NCBI RefSeq assembly: GCF_000023205.1
Contig: NC_012803.1
Span: forward strand, 2,070,001-2,102,000
Origin: Micrococcus luteus NCTC 2665
Lineage (GTDB): Bacteria > Actinomycetota > Actinomycetes > Actinomycetales > Micrococcaceae
Direction of reading: 5' to 3'
DNA length: 32,000 bases
Positions 1 to 8,838 of the stretch are shown here, one piece after another. Made by a program: the position numbers and the translations under genes. Every line of letters begins with the position of its first letter. The stretch's first letter is position 1. Under the pieces are notes generated by a model. That model ran no database searches. It saw only the letters and a list, made by a program, of their open reading frames with translations, and was not told where the DNA came from.

Positions 1-152
1 TCCACGGCCAGCCAGCCCGGGATCGAGACCTTCTCGCCCTTCTTGACCTGGGCGGTGAACACCTCGAAGAGGGCGTCCAGCACATCGCTGACGGCGGCCT
101 GGGTGTTGCCGGAGCGCTCGGCGACGGCGGCGACGAGTTCCTTGCGGTTCAT
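1..152 (-). CDS. hup: HU family nucleoid-associated DNA-binding protein (N-terminal part only; gene runs off the left edge)
   Basis: Reverse translation from the ATG at 152-150 gives MNRKELVAAVAERSGNTQAAVSDVLDALFEVFTAQVKKGEKVSIPGWLAV, a typical HU N-terminus. GGAGG lies at 167-163. An in-frame ATG two codons upstream (158-156) is an alternative start. Confidence 0.85.
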   Translation of the reverse strand, partial: MNRKELVAAVAERSGNTQAAVSDVLDALFEVFTAQVKKGEKVSIPGWLAV

Positions 153-313
153 GGCCATGGGTCCTCCCTATGGGACGTCGGTTACGGTTCCCGGGCCGTT
201 CGGACCGGGCTGCCAGTTGTGAACGTACCACCTCTGCGCGGGCGAATCGCCCCCTGAACCGCGAGAATCCGCGATTTCCCGTGACCTGGGCGGCCCTGAT
301 CCCCGAGGCACGA

Positions 314-352
314 CGACGGCGGCGCCCCTCCTGAGGAGGGACGCCGCCGTCG
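314..352 (-). terminator. GC-rich hairpin downstream of rpsN (11 bp + 1 mismatch + 6 bp stem, 3-nt loop); no clear U-tract
   Basis: cgacggcggcg (314-324) pairs with cgccgccgtcg (342-352). The inner ccctcc (326-331) pairs with ggaggg (335-340). It lies 36 nt after the rpsN stop and upstream of hup. Confidence 0.5.
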
Positions 353-387
353 CGGTGGTGCCGAGCGCCCGGAGACCGGGCCTCAGG

Positions 388-693
388 TCACCAGGAGGAC
401 TTGGTCACGCCGGGCAGCTCGCCACGGTGCGCCATGTCGCGGAAGCGCACGCGGGAGATGCCGAAGCGCTGGAAGGTGCCGCGGGGGCGACCGTCGATGG
501 CGTCGCGGTTGCGCACGCGGACCGGGGAGGCGTCGCGGGGCAGCTTCTGCAGGCCCAGGCGGGCGGCCTCGCGGGCCTCGTCCGACGCGTTCGGGTCCAC
601 GAGGGTCTTGCGCAGCTCGAGACGCTTCTCGGCGTAACGGGCCACGATGGCCTTGCGCTGCTCGTTCTTGGCGATCTTGGACTTCTTGGCCAT
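388..693 (-). CDS. rpsN: 30S ribosomal protein S14, long (101 aa) Cys-free form
   Basis: The ORF translates to [24 protein letters not shown]...[21 protein letters not shown], the canonical S14 N- and C-termini. There are no CxxC motifs. It starts 1 nt after the rpmG stop. Confidence 0.95.
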   Translation of the reverse strand: MAKKSKIAKNEQRKAIVARYAEKRLELRKTLVDPNASDEAREAARLGLQKLPRDASPVRVRNRDAIDGRPRGTFQRFGISRVRFRDMAHRGELPGVTKSSW

Positions 694-694
694 C

Positions 695-862
695 TCAGCG
701 CTCCTCTCGGAAGTCGACGTGCTTGCGGACCACCGGGTCGTACTTCTTCAGGGTGATGCGGTCCGGGTTGTTCCGGCGGTTCTTGCGGGTCACGTAGGTG
801 AACCCGGTGCCGGCGGTGGACTTCAGCTTGATGATCGGACGAACGTCCTTGTCCTTGGCCAT
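695..862 (-). CDS. rpmG: 50S ribosomal protein L33 (55 aa, Cys-free form); absent from the ORF track because it is under 60 aa
   Basis: Manual reverse translation gives [55 protein letters not shown], ending in TGA at 697-695. Gaps to rpsN and rpmB are 1 nt each. Confidence 0.9.
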   Translation of the reverse strand: MAKDKDVRPIIKLKSTAGTGFTYVTRKNRRNNPDRITLKKYDPVVRKHVDFREER

Positions 863-863
863 G

Positions 864-1100
864 TCAGAGCTTCACTCCCTTCGCGATCAGGTCCGCCACG
901 ACGGCGTCGATACCGCGCACGTCGATGGTCTTGATGCCCTTGGCGGACAGCGTCAGGGTGACGTTGCGGCGCAGGGAGGGGACCCAGTAGGTCTTCTTCT
1001 GGATGTTCGGGTCGAACCGGCGCTTGGTGCGACGGTGCGAGTGGGAGATGCTGTGGCCGAATCCCGGCCCAGCCCCGGTTACCTGGCAGTGAGCTGCCAT
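864..1100 (-). CDS. rpmB: 50S ribosomal protein L28 (78 aa)
   Basis: The internal ATG at 1100-1098 of ORF 864..1211 gives [36 protein letters not shown]..., a typical L28 start. GGAG lies about 7 nt upstream. The N-terminal extension in the ORF track is not L28-like. Confidence 0.92.
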   Translation of the reverse strand: MAAHCQVTGAGPGFGHSISHSHRRTKRRFDPNIQKKTYWVPSLRRNVTLTLSAKGIKTIDVRGIDAVVADLIAKGVKL

Positions 1101-1568
1101 GATCACTCCTCGTGGCAAGTAGTAGTAAAAGGACGGGCGGAACCCGCATGGCGGCGAGCCGCGGACCTGTCCGCGGACACCTGTTGTGAGCCCCGCCCCG
1201 GGTGTGGACACCGCACTCTTACTGCGACTTCTCGAAAAGGGGGACCAGGCTGGGTGAGAGCCAACCGAAGTTCCTTATGGGATCGCTGGTGTGGACGGTG
1301 AGCCCCGGTCCGTCCTGAGGACGTCCCGGGATCCGGTCTGCGGGAGCGCGTTGCTTTTCCGACCCGCCGTCCGCCCGGTCACCTGACCGATGGAACGACG
1401 AGAACAACGCGGCGTGCGCCGTCCCACCTTACGCGAACCGTGGGCGTCGCTTCAACTCGACGGGGGGCGCCTGTGGTATGCGCACGGTCCTCGGCCCCCA
1501 GGGCCGCTCCGCTCGCCACGGCTCGGCGCGGCCACGGGCGCTGGGCCGGCCCACCCCTCCGGCATGGA

Positions 1569-2325
1569 TCAGGCGACCGACGCCCCCAGCAGGGAGCCCA
1601 CCGCGAAGGTCAGGCCGAGCGCCAGGGCGCCGCCGAGGACGACGCGCACGGCCGCCCGCAGCGCGGGCGCGTCGCCGAGCCGGGCCCCGACCCAGCCGGT
1701 GACGGCGAGGGCCACGAGGGTGACGCCGAACGTGAACGGGACGGCGGAGGCCCACCGGCGCCAGGACGACCGTCAGGAAGGGCAGCAGCGCACCCACGAG
1801 GAACGCGAGGAAGGACGCTCCGGCGGCGGCCCACGGGCTGACGACGTCCTCCTCCGCCATGCCCAGCTCCATGCGCAGATGCGCGGCGAGCGCGTCCTTC
1901 TCGGTGAGCTCCCGCGCGGCGGCCTCGGCCGTGGCCCGGCTCAGGCCGTCCGCCTCGAAGAGCTGTACGAGCTCCTCCAGCTCGCCCTCTGGATCCTCCT
2001 CGAGCTCGCGGCGCTCCTTGGCGATCAGCGACTTCTGCGAGTCGGAGGACGAGGAGACGGACACGTACTCGCCCAGCGCCATGGAGAAGGCGCCGCCGAC
2101 CACGGCGGCGGCGCCGGCCAGCAGGATCGGGGTGAGCGCCGTCGTCGCGCCGGCGACACCGACGACGGTGGCGGCGACGGACACGATGCCGTCGTTGGCG
2201 CCGAGCACGCCCGCGCGGAGCCAGTTGAGGCGGGCATGCACGCCGCCGGTGGCGTGCGGCTCGTCGGGACCGCCCGGCGGGACCTGATCTGCGAGGGGCG
2301 AGGACTGTTCAGACGTGTGCGACAT
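1569..2325 (-). pseudogene. VIT1/CCC1 family Fe/Mn exporter with an apparent 1-nt insertion frameshift near 1743
   Basis: From the ATG at 2325 the protein reads MSHTSEQ...NWLRAGVLGANDGIVSVAATVVGVAGA...GEYVSVSSSSDSQ...LPFLTVVLAPVGLR, then becomes Arg/Pro-rich junk. The neighbouring frame continues VPFTFGVTLVALAVTGWVGARLGDAPALRAAVRVVLGGALALGLTFAVGSLLGASVA and stops at 1571-1569. From the first base of the ATG (2325) to the first base of that TGA (1571) is 754 nt, which is not a multiple of 3. Confidence 0.75.
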
Positions 2326-2418
2326 GTCGCCATGGTCGCGGCGCGGGGCGGGGCGCGCCAGGCAGGTGAGGCGTTCCTTCGGACGGGGATGCCACGACAC
2401 CCGGTCTCGCTGTTGCCA

Positions 2419-2432
2419 GGATTGTTCAACAA
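2419..2432. promoter_or_regulatory. Candidate GntR-type operator, GGATTGTTCAACAA (core palindrome TTGTTcAACAA), nested in a GCTGTTG/CAACAGC inverted repeat (2409-2436)
   Basis: The 14-mer is identical to 9667-9680, upstream of pxpA. It lies 62 nt upstream of the permease start (2494), in the divergent region shared with the VIT1 gene. Confidence 0.55.
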
Positions 2433-2493
2433 CAGCTACCGTCTCCCCAGCGCCTCGTGACGCCCGTCACCTCGCCTGGCGCCCTCGACGAAG

Positions 2494-3777
2494 GTGACCA
2501 CCGTGTCCCACGCAGACATCCCCCACGCCGGACCGGACGGCTCGACCCCCTCGGGCACCGCGCCGAAGACCGACTCCCGCGCTGCGAGCGCCACCCGGCG
2601 CACCGCACTGCTCGGCGCCATGTTCCTCATGGCCACCTCGGCCATCGGCCCCGGCTTCATCACGCAGACCGCCACGTTCACCGTCCAGATGGGCGCCGCA
2701 TTCGCGTTCGCCATCCTGGTCTCGATCCTCATCGACATCGCCGTCCAGATGAACGTGTGGCGCGTCATCGGCGTCTCCGGCATGCGCGCCCAGGAGCTGG
2801 CGAACAGCGTCCTGCCCGGCCTCGGCTGGGTCCTCGCCGCGCTCGTGTTCCTCGGCGGCATGGTCTTCAACATCGGCAACATCGCCGGCACCGGCCTCGG
2901 CGCGAACGCCATGCTCGGCGTCGACCCCCTGATCGGCGGCGCCGTCTCCGCCCTCATCGCGCTGCTGATCTTCCTCTCCAAGCGCGCCGGTGTGGCCCTG
3001 GACCGGATCGTGGTGGTGCTCGGCGCCGTCATGATCCTGCTGATGCTGTACGTGGCCATCACCTCCGCCCCGCCCGTGGGTGAGGCCCTGCGCCAGTCCG
3101 TGATGCCGGAGGAGGTCGACTTCTTCGTGATCGTCACCCTCGTGGGCGGCACCATCGGCGGCTACATCACCTACGCGGGCGCCCACCGCATGATCGACTC
3201 CGGAGTGAAGGGCGTGGACGACGTCCAGGACATCACCCGCAGCTCCGTGGCCTCGATCCTCGTGACCGGCCTGATGCGTGCCCTCCTGTTCCTGGCGATC
3301 CTCGGCGTCGTCGCCTCGGGCGCGGTCCTGTCCAAGGACAGCCTGGCCGCCTCCGCCTTCCAGGCCGCCGCCGGCGACATAGGGCTGCGCATGTTCGGCA
3401 TCGTCCTGTGGGCCGCCGCCGTGACCTCCGTGATCGGCGCGTCGTACACCTCGATCAGCTTCGTCACCCGCTCCACCACGAGCGTCCGCACCCGCAACCT
3501 GCTGACCGTCGCGTTCATCGTGGTCTGCACCGCCCTCTACCTGGCGCTGCGCCAGGCCCCGCAGACGCTGCTCGTGTTCGCCGGCGCGTTCAACGGCATG
3601 ATCCTGCCGGTCGGCTTCGCGGCCCTCCTCTACGTGGCCTGGCGCCGCCGCGACCTGCTGCACGGCTACCGCTACCCCCGGTGGCTGCTCGTGATGGGCG
3701 CGCTCGCGTGGCTCGTGTCCGTGTTCATCGCGGTGCGCGGGTTCGTCCCGATGGTCACGATGATCACCGGTGCCTGA
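2494..3777 (+). CDS. NRAMP-fold membrane transporter, YcsG-like subfamily (canonical metal-site motifs not seen)
   Basis: 427-aa multi-TM ORF ([24 protein letters not shown]...) resembling NRAMP TM1, but with GPGF in place of DPGN. An in-frame GTG at 2503 is an alternative start. The DUF1445 gene follows immediately. Confidence 0.8.
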   Translation: MTTVSHADIPHAGPDGSTPSGTAPKTDSRAASATRRTALLGAMFLMATSAIGPGFITQTATFTVQMGAAFAFAILVSILIDIAVQMNVWRVIGVSGMRAQELANSVLPGLGWVLAALVFLGGMVFNIGNIAGTGLGANAMLGVDPLIGGAVSALIALLIFLSKRAGVALDRIVVVLGAVMILLMLYVAITSAPPVGEALRQSVMPEEVDFFVIVTLVGGTIGGYITYAGAHRMIDSGVKGVDDVQDITRSSVASILVTGLMRALLFLAILGVVASGAVLSKDSLAASAFQAAAGDIGLRMFGIVLWAAAVTSVIGASYTSISFVTRSTTSVRTRNLLTVAFIVVCTALYLALRQAPQTLLVFAGAFNGMILPVGFAALLYVAWRRRDLLHGYRYPRWLLVMGALAWLVSVFIAVRGFVPMVTMITGA

Positions 3778-3778
3778 G

Positions 3779-4582
3779 ATGACCACGACGACGCCGCTGC
3801 CGCCGCTGGACGGCGCCACGACCCCCGCGCAGGCCCGCGAGCGCTTCCGCGCGGGGCTCGTGCGGCCGACCTCGGGGATCGCCGACGGCTACGCCCAGGC
3901 GAACCTCGTCTCGATCCCGCAGGACCACGCCTACGACGTCCTGCTCTTCGCCCAGCGCAACCCCAAGGCCCTGCCGCTGCTCGGCGTGTTCGAGGCCGGC
4001 GAGGTCAACGGCCCCGCACTGGACGGCGACGTCCGCACGGACGTGCCGCAGTACGTGGTGTACCGCGACGGCGTCGAGACGGACCGCCCCACGGATCTGC
4101 TCGACGTGTGGCGGGACGACCTCGTGACGTTCGTGATCGGCTGCTCGTTCACCTTCGAGTCCGCCCTGGTGGCCGAGGGCATCCGGATGGCCCACCAGGA
4201 CGCCGGCGTGAACGTGCCGATGTACCGCACCACGCGGCGCTGCGCCTCGGCGGGCCGCCTCTCGGGCCCGCTCGTGGTCTCGATGCGCCCCATCCCCGCC
4301 GACCGCGTGGCCGACGCCGTGCGCATCACCTCCCGCTACCCCGCCGTGCACGGCGCGCCCGTGCACGTGGGCGACCCGGCCGGCCTGGGGATCACGGACC
4401 TGTCGGCACCGGACTTCGGCGACGCCGTCGAGGTCCCGCAGGGCCACCTGCCCGTGTTCTGGGCGTGCGGGGTGACGCCGCAGGCGGCGATCATGGAGTC
4501 CCGCCCGCCGCTGGCCATCACGCACGCGCCCGGGCACATGCTCATCACGGACCTGCCGGACCGGATGTTCCAGGTCCCGTGA
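3779..4582 (+). CDS. DUF1445/UPF0317 putative hydro-lyase (YcsI / D-glutamate cyclase family)
   Basis: Translation reads ...[52 protein letters not shown]...[12 protein letters not shown]...NVPMYRT...VVSMRP...[14 protein letters not shown]...[10 protein letters not shown], matching the family as I recall it. The ATG at 3779 lies 1 nt after the permease stop. A GTG at 3770 is an alternative start with an 8-nt overlap. Confidence 0.8.
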   Translation: MTTTTPLPPLDGATTPAQARERFRAGLVRPTSGIADGYAQANLVSIPQDHAYDVLLFAQRNPKALPLLGVFEAGEVNGPALDGDVRTDVPQYVVYRDGVETDRPTDLLDVWRDDLVTFVIGCSFTFESALVAEGIRMAHQDAGVNVPMYRTTRRCASAGRLSGPLVVSMRPIPADRVADAVRITSRYPAVHGAPVHVGDPAGLGITDLSAPDFGDAVEVPQGHLPVFWACGVTPQAAIMESRPPLAITHAPGHMLITDLPDRMFQVP

Positions 4583-4604
4583 CCGCCCGGGCCCGGGGAG
4601 GCGA

Positions 4605-5312
4605 TCAGTCCCCCGCGGCGGCGAGGTGCGCCAGGACGAAGTGCTCCGCCTCGTCCAGGTAGCCGCCGAACATGGCGTGCACCGCGGGCAGGTCGCCGAC
4701 CAGCAGCCGCTCCACGATCCACCGGTTGCGGTCCGCGAACTGCACGTGCAGGCGCGTCTGCTCGTCCATCGGATGGAACGCCAGGCGCACGCGGGCCTGC
4801 ACCGACGCCATGAGCCGCGTGAGCTCGGGGGCGCCGGCCAGGTCCACGATGCCGACGTGGACGCGATGGTTGGCGTCGCCCAGGACCCGCGCGGGGGTGT
4901 CCGGGCCGCCGGAGAGCAGGTCCTGGGCACAGCGCAGGTGGCGCGCCGCGCCGGGGGTGAGCTCTCCGTGCTCGAGGGCGCCGAGCTGGATCACCCGACG
5001 CGTGCGGTACAGCCCGCGCACGTCCTCCGGCCCCGGCGCCGCCACGAACACCCCGCGGTGCGGCCGGCGCTCCACGAGGCCCTCCGAGGCCAGCATGGTG
5101 AACGCCTCGCGCAGGCTGTTGCGGCTGACCTGGAGCTCGGCGGCCAGCGCCACCTCCCCCAGCCGCTCCCCCGGCACGAGCCCGGCCGCCGCGATCCGCT
5201 GCCGCAGCTGCGCGGCCGCGGCCACGGGAGCCGGCGCCGGGGCGGACTCCCCGTCACCGGCGCCGGGCGCGAGGTCCTCCCCGGTGACACCGCCGCGCGC
5301 CGGCACCCTCAC
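4605..5312 (-). CDS. GntR family (FadR-like C-terminal domain) transcriptional regulator
   Basis: The winged-helix region reads [55 protein letters not shown], followed by a helical effector domain. The proposed GTG start at 5312-5310 overlaps the upstream TGA (GTGA). An in-frame GTG at 5306 is an alternative. Confidence 0.85.
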   Translation of the reverse strand: MRVPARGGVTGEDLAPGAGDGESAPAPAPVAAAAQLRQRIAAAGLVPGERLGEVALAAELQVSRNSLREAFTMLASEGLVERRPHRGVFVAAPGPEDVRGLYRTRRVIQLGALEHGELTPGAARHLRCAQDLLSGGPDTPARVLGDANHRVHVGIVDLAGAPELTRLMASVQARVRLAFHPMDEQTRLHVQFADRNRWIVERLLVGDLPAVHAMFGGYLDEAEHFVLAHLAAAGD

Positions 5313-7084
5313 GCCCCCAGCCGGGCGATCGCCTGGCCGCGCGTCACCGAGGCCGGGGTCTCGGCCACGAGGAGCTGGATCCGGCCCGCACGCGGGGCAC
5401 GGATCGGCGTCTCCATCTTCATCGCCTCGACGATCGCGACCGTGTCGCCCTCGGCCACCTCGGCGCCGTCCTCGACCTTCCACGAGGCCAGGGTGCCGGT
5501 GACCGGCGAGGCCACGGCGCCGTCGTCGTCGGGCTTCCCGGCGCCCGCGGCGCCGGCCGGGGCCGCGGCACCCGGACCGCCGCCTCCGAGGAGGGCCGCG
5601 TAGAGATCGGCGGGCAGGCCCAGGCGCACGGCGCGGCCGTCCAGCTCCACGGTGACGGCGGTGCGGCCGCCGGCGGGCACCTCGGCGCCCAGGTAGGGGG
5701 ACTCGGCCAGCGGCTCGGCGAACTCGGACTCGATCCACGTGGTGTAGACGCCGAGGCGGTCCCCCGAGGTGAAGGCGTCCTGCTCGAGCACGGCGCGGTG
5801 GAACGGCACCACGGTGGGCACGCCGTCGATGCGCAGCTCGGCCAGGGCGTCGCGGGCGCGGGCGACGGCCTGGGCGCGGTCCTCGCCCCACACGATGAGC
5901 TTGGCGAGCAGGGAGTCGTACTCACCCGGCACCACGGAGCCGGTGCGGACGCCGGAGTCCATGCGGACCCCGGGGCCGGTGGGGGCCTCGAACGCGTCGA
6001 TCGGGCCGGGCACGGGCAGGAAGCCGTACGCCGGCTCCTCGGCGTTGAGGCGGAACTCGAGGGCGTGGCCGCGCGGCGTCGGGTCCTCGGGGATGCTCAG
6101 CGGCTCGCCGGCGGCGACGCGGAACTGCTCGCGCACCAGGTCCACACCGAAGACCTCCTCGGTGACCGGATGCTCCACCTGCAGGCGGGTGTTCACCTCC
6201 AGGAAGCTGATGAGGCCGTCCGGGGCCACGAGGTACTCGACCGTGCCGGCCCCGGTGTACCCGGCGGCGCGGCAGATCTCGCGGGCGGAGGTGTGGATGC
6301 GCTCGCGCTGCTCGTCCGTGAGGAACGGCGCCGGGGCCTCCTCCACGAGCTTCTGGTTGCGGCGCTGCAGGGAGCAGTCGCGGGTGCCGAGCACGGCCAC
6401 GTGGCCGTGCTCGTCGGCGAGGACTTGGGCCTCCACGTGGCGGGGGCGGTCCAGGAAGCGCTCCACGAAGCACTCGCCGCGGCCGAATGCGGCCACGGCC
6501 TCGCGGACGGTCGCCTCGAACGCGTCCTCGACGTCGCCGAGCTCACGCACCACGCGGATGCCGCGGCCGCCGCCGCCGAAGGCCGCCTTGATCGCGATCG
6601 GCAGGCCGTGCTCCTCGGCGAACGCGCGCGCGGCGGCGGCGTCCGGCACGGGGCCGTCCGAGCCCGGCACGAGCGGGGCGCCCGCCTGCTGGGCGAGGGA
6701 GCGGGCGGTGATCTTGTCGCCGAGGGCGCGGATGGCGTCCGGCGACGGGCCGATCCAGGTCATCCCGGCGTCGATCACGGCCTGCGCGAAGTCGGCGTTC
6801 TCGGAGAGGAAGCCGTAGCCCGGGTGCACGGCGTCGGCGCCGGCGCGGCGGGCGACGTCGAGGACCGCGTCGATCTTCAGGTAGGTGTCCGCCGAGGACG
6901 CGCCCGGCAGGTGGAAGGCCTCGTCCGCGACGGCCACGTGCAGGGCGTCGGCGTCCGGATCCGAGTAGACGGCGATCGAGGCGATGCCGTGGTCGCGGGC
7001 GGCGCGGGCCACGCGCACGGCGATCTCGCCGCGGTTGGCGATGAGCACCCGCGTGACGGGGCGGGCGGCGGGGGTGGTGGTCAT
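5309..7084 (-). CDS. Biotin carboxylase fused to biotin carboxyl carrier domain (acyl-CoA carboxylase alpha-subunit architecture, BC+BCCP)
   Basis: [14 protein letters not shown], the ATP-grasp region ([28 protein letters not shown]) and a C-terminal lipoyl/biotinyl domain with EAMKME. The ATG at 7084 overlaps the pxpB::pxpC stop (ATGA). Confidence 0.93.
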   Translation of the reverse strand: MTTTPAARPVTRVLIANRGEIAVRVARAARDHGIASIAVYSDPDADALHVAVADEAFHLPGASSADTYLKIDAVLDVARRAGADAVHPGYGFLSENADFAQAVIDAGMTWIGPSPDAIRALGDKITARSLAQQAGAPLVPGSDGPVPDAAAARAFAEEHGLPIAIKAAFGGGGRGIRVVRELGDVEDAFEATVREAVAAFGRGECFVERFLDRPRHVEAQVLADEHGHVAVLGTRDCSLQRRNQKLVEEAPAPFLTDEQRERIHTSAREICRAAGYTGAGTVEYLVAPDGLISFLEVNTRLQVEHPVTEEVFGVDLVREQFRVAAGEPLSIPEDPTPRGHALEFRLNAEEPAYGFLPVPGPIDAFEAPTGPGVRMDSGVRTGSVVPGEYDSLLAKLIVWGEDRAQAVARARDALAELRIDGVPTVVPFHRAVLEQDAFTSGDRLGVYTTWIESEFAEPLAESPYLGAEVPAGGRTAVTVELDGRAVRLGLPADLYAALLGGGGPGAAAPAGAAGAGKPDDDGAVASPVTGTLASWKVEDGAEVAEGDTVAIVEAMKMETPIRAPRAGRIQLLVAETPASVTRGQAIARLGA

Positions 7085-8838
7085 GCGGGGGTCTCCTCGG
7101 AGGGCGATGCGGAGTCGACGACGGTCTCGGCGCCGGGGCGGGGATGGGGGACGAAGCGGACGCGGGCGCCCGGCGGCAGCTGGGCCGCCAGGCTGAGGTC
7201 CGCGCGGGCCACGACGCCGATCACCGGGTAGCCGCCGGTGACCGGATGGTCGGAGAGGAACAGGACGGGCTCACCCGAGGGCGGCACCTGCAGCGCGCCG
7301 CGCACGGCGCCCTCGGACTTCAGCTCACCCTCGCGCACGCGCTCGAGCGGCGCGCCGCCGTCGGGGGCCGTGAGGCGCACCCCGATCCGGTCGGTCTGCT
7401 GGCTCACATCCCAGTCCTGCGTGAACAGGCGCTCCAGGCCCGCCGCGCCGAACCAGTCGTCGCGGGGGCCGGGGACCACGCGCAGCACGGCCACCTGTCC
7501 GGGCGCGGGCATGGGGCGCAGCGAGGTCTCCGGGTCCCCCACCAGCACGACGCCGGCCTCCTCCGAGGCGGGGGCGCCGGCGGCGGCCGGGCTCGCGGCC
7601 GAGGCGCCGGCGGCGCCCCTCGCATCCGGGCCGACGCGGCGGGCGAGGCGGTCCCCCGCCGCCAGCGGGGCGGGGCCGAGCCCGGACAGGGTGTCGGTCG
7701 AGCGGCTGCCGAGCACGCGCGGCACGTCGAGCCCGCCCCGGAGGCCCACGTACACGCGCAGGCCGCCGGCCGGCTCGTCCACCGTCAGCGTCTGGCCGTC
7801 CAGCACGACGAACGGGGTGCGGGCGGGCACCCGGCGCGTGGCGCCGTCGGCCGCGGTAATCGTCCCTCCGGCCTCGGCGCCGGCCAGGGCCATCACCTGG
7901 TGGCCGTGCGCGGTGAGGGTGAGGCCCCCCAGGACGGTCTCCAGCACCGCCTCGCGTGAGCGGTTGCCCACGAGCCGGTTCGCCTGGCGCGCCGCGTCCC
8001 GGTCGGCCGCGCCGGACGCGACGACGCCGAGGTCGCCCAGGCCCGGGCGGCCCAGGTCCTGGACCAGGGTCAGGAGCCCCGGGTCGACGACGGTGACACC
8101 GCGGCGGCCGGCCACGGGCGGGAGGCCGGCCGCGGCGTCGGCGGGCGTGTCCTCGACCGCCGCGTCCGTGCCGGAGGTGACGGACGCCGTCGGGCGCACG
8201 GGGACGTAGCGGACACGGTCGCCGGGCTGCAGCAGGGCGGGCTGCTCGCGGCCGAGGTCCCACAGGGCCGCGGTGGTGTGGCCCAGCAGCTGCCAGCCGC
8301 CGGGCGAGGTGCGCGGGTAGACGGCGGAGAAGGCCCCGGCGACGGCGACGGCGCCCGCGGGGACGGCCGTGCGGGGCGAACTGCGGCGGGGCGCCTCGAA
8401 CGGGGCCGCCTCGGAGGCGCAGTACATGAACCCCGGCGCGAAGCCGCCGAACGCGGCGAACCAGTCGGCCTCGCTGTGGGCCCGGATGACGCCGTCGACG
8501 CCGAGCCCGGTGAGCCGGCCGACCTCGGCGAGGTCCTCACCGTCGTAGACCACGGGGATCTCGACGATGCGGCCCCCCGTCAACTCACCGGCGTCCGGGG
8601 TGAGGGTGCTGACCCGCGGTGCGGCATGCTCGGCGGCGGCCTGCGAGGTGAAGGTCACCAGGACGGTCGCGGCGGCGGCCATGACCTGGCGCTGGCCGCG
8701 CTCCGGGTGGGCCGTGAGATGGGCGTGGACGGCCATGACGTCCTCGAGCGAGGCGCACTCGACGAGGAAGCCCTGTGTGCCGACCCAGCGGATCGGGCGG
8801 GCCGGCGGTGTGGTGGCGGAGTGACGTGGGTCGCTCAT
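7081..8838 (-). CDS. Fused 5-oxoprolinase subunits PxpB (KipI/AHS1-like, N-terminal) and PxpC (KipA/AHS2-like, C-terminal), 585 aa
   Basis: The N-terminal half reads GFLVEC...[16 protein letters not shown]...[14 protein letters not shown]...[31 protein letters not shown]. An Ala/Thr/Asp-rich linker follows. The C-terminal half reads [18 protein letters not shown]...[18 protein letters not shown]...DRIGVRL...[12 protein letters not shown]. Both ends overlap neighbouring genes as ATGA. Confidence 0.88.
   Translation of the reverse strand: MSDPRHSATTPPARPIRWVGTQGFLVECASLEDVMAVHAHLTAHPERGQRQVMAAAATVLVTFTSQAAAEHAAPRVSTLTPDAGELTGGRIVEIPVVYDGEDLAEVGRLTGLGVDGVIRAHSEADWFAAFGGFAPGFMYCASEAAPFEAPRRSSPRTAVPAGAVAVAGAFSAVYPRTSPGGWQLLGHTTAALWDLGREQPALLQPGDRVRYVPVRPTASVTSGTDAAVEDTPADAAAGLPPVAGRRGVTVVDPGLLTLVQDLGRPGLGDLGVVASGAADRDAARQANRLVGNRSREAVLETVLGGLTLTAHGHQVMALAGAEAGGTITAADGATRRVPARTPFVVLDGQTLTVDEPAGGLRVYVGLRGGLDVPRVLGSRSTDTLSGLGPAPLAAGDRLARRVGPDARGAAGASAASPAAAGAPASEEAGVVLVGDPETSLRPMPAPGQVAVLRVVPGPRDDWFGAAGLERLFTQDWDVSQQTDRIGVRLTAPDGGAPLERVREGELKSEGAVRGALQVPPSGEPVLFLSDHPVTGGYPVIGVVARADLSLAAQLPPGARVRFVPHPRPGAETVVDSASPSEETPA

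Noticed and set aside
1101-1260. Zur box upstream of the C-minus rpmB-rpmG-rpsN operon
   Set aside because: I looked for an AT-rich 7-1-7 palindrome of the TGAAAAT.ATTTTCA type and found none. The only AT-rich patch (agtagtagtaaaagg) is not palindromic. Zn regulation is therefore not supported from this sequence.
1429-1568. C-terminal 47 codons of ORF 1429..2400 taken at face value
   Set aside because: After about 1743 the frame-0 product is Arg/Pro-rich with no TM character. The authentic VIT1 C-terminus lies in the neighbouring frame and stops at 1569, so the tail is a frameshift read-through artefact.
2467-3819. 450-aa minus-strand ORF and other long shadow ORFs (e.g. 5798..7231 +, 12628..14547 +, 12758..14638 -, 13941..15767 -, 15471..17390 +, 21835..23301 -, 21984..23651 +, 23399..25951 +, 29246..31072 +, 29796..30986 -)
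   Set aside because: Each overlaps, on the opposite strand or in another frame, a gene with clear family motifs. Their products are low-complexity Arg/Gly/Asp/His/Pro-rich strings. I treat them as GC-content artefacts.
4583-4604. CCCGGGCCCGGG-containing spacer between the convergent DUF1445 and GntR genes, considered as a bidirectional terminator
   Set aside because: The self-complementary run leaves essentially no loop, and the flanking pairing breaks after 4 bp. It is too weak to call a terminator.
5313-5891. N-terminal extension of ORF 4605..5891 (428 aa)
   Set aside because: The extension overlaps the BCCP end of the BC/BCCP gene in another frame and is Arg/Pro/Gly-rich. The GntR winged-helix domain begins shortly after the GTG at 5312, which forms a GTGA overlap with the upstream stop.
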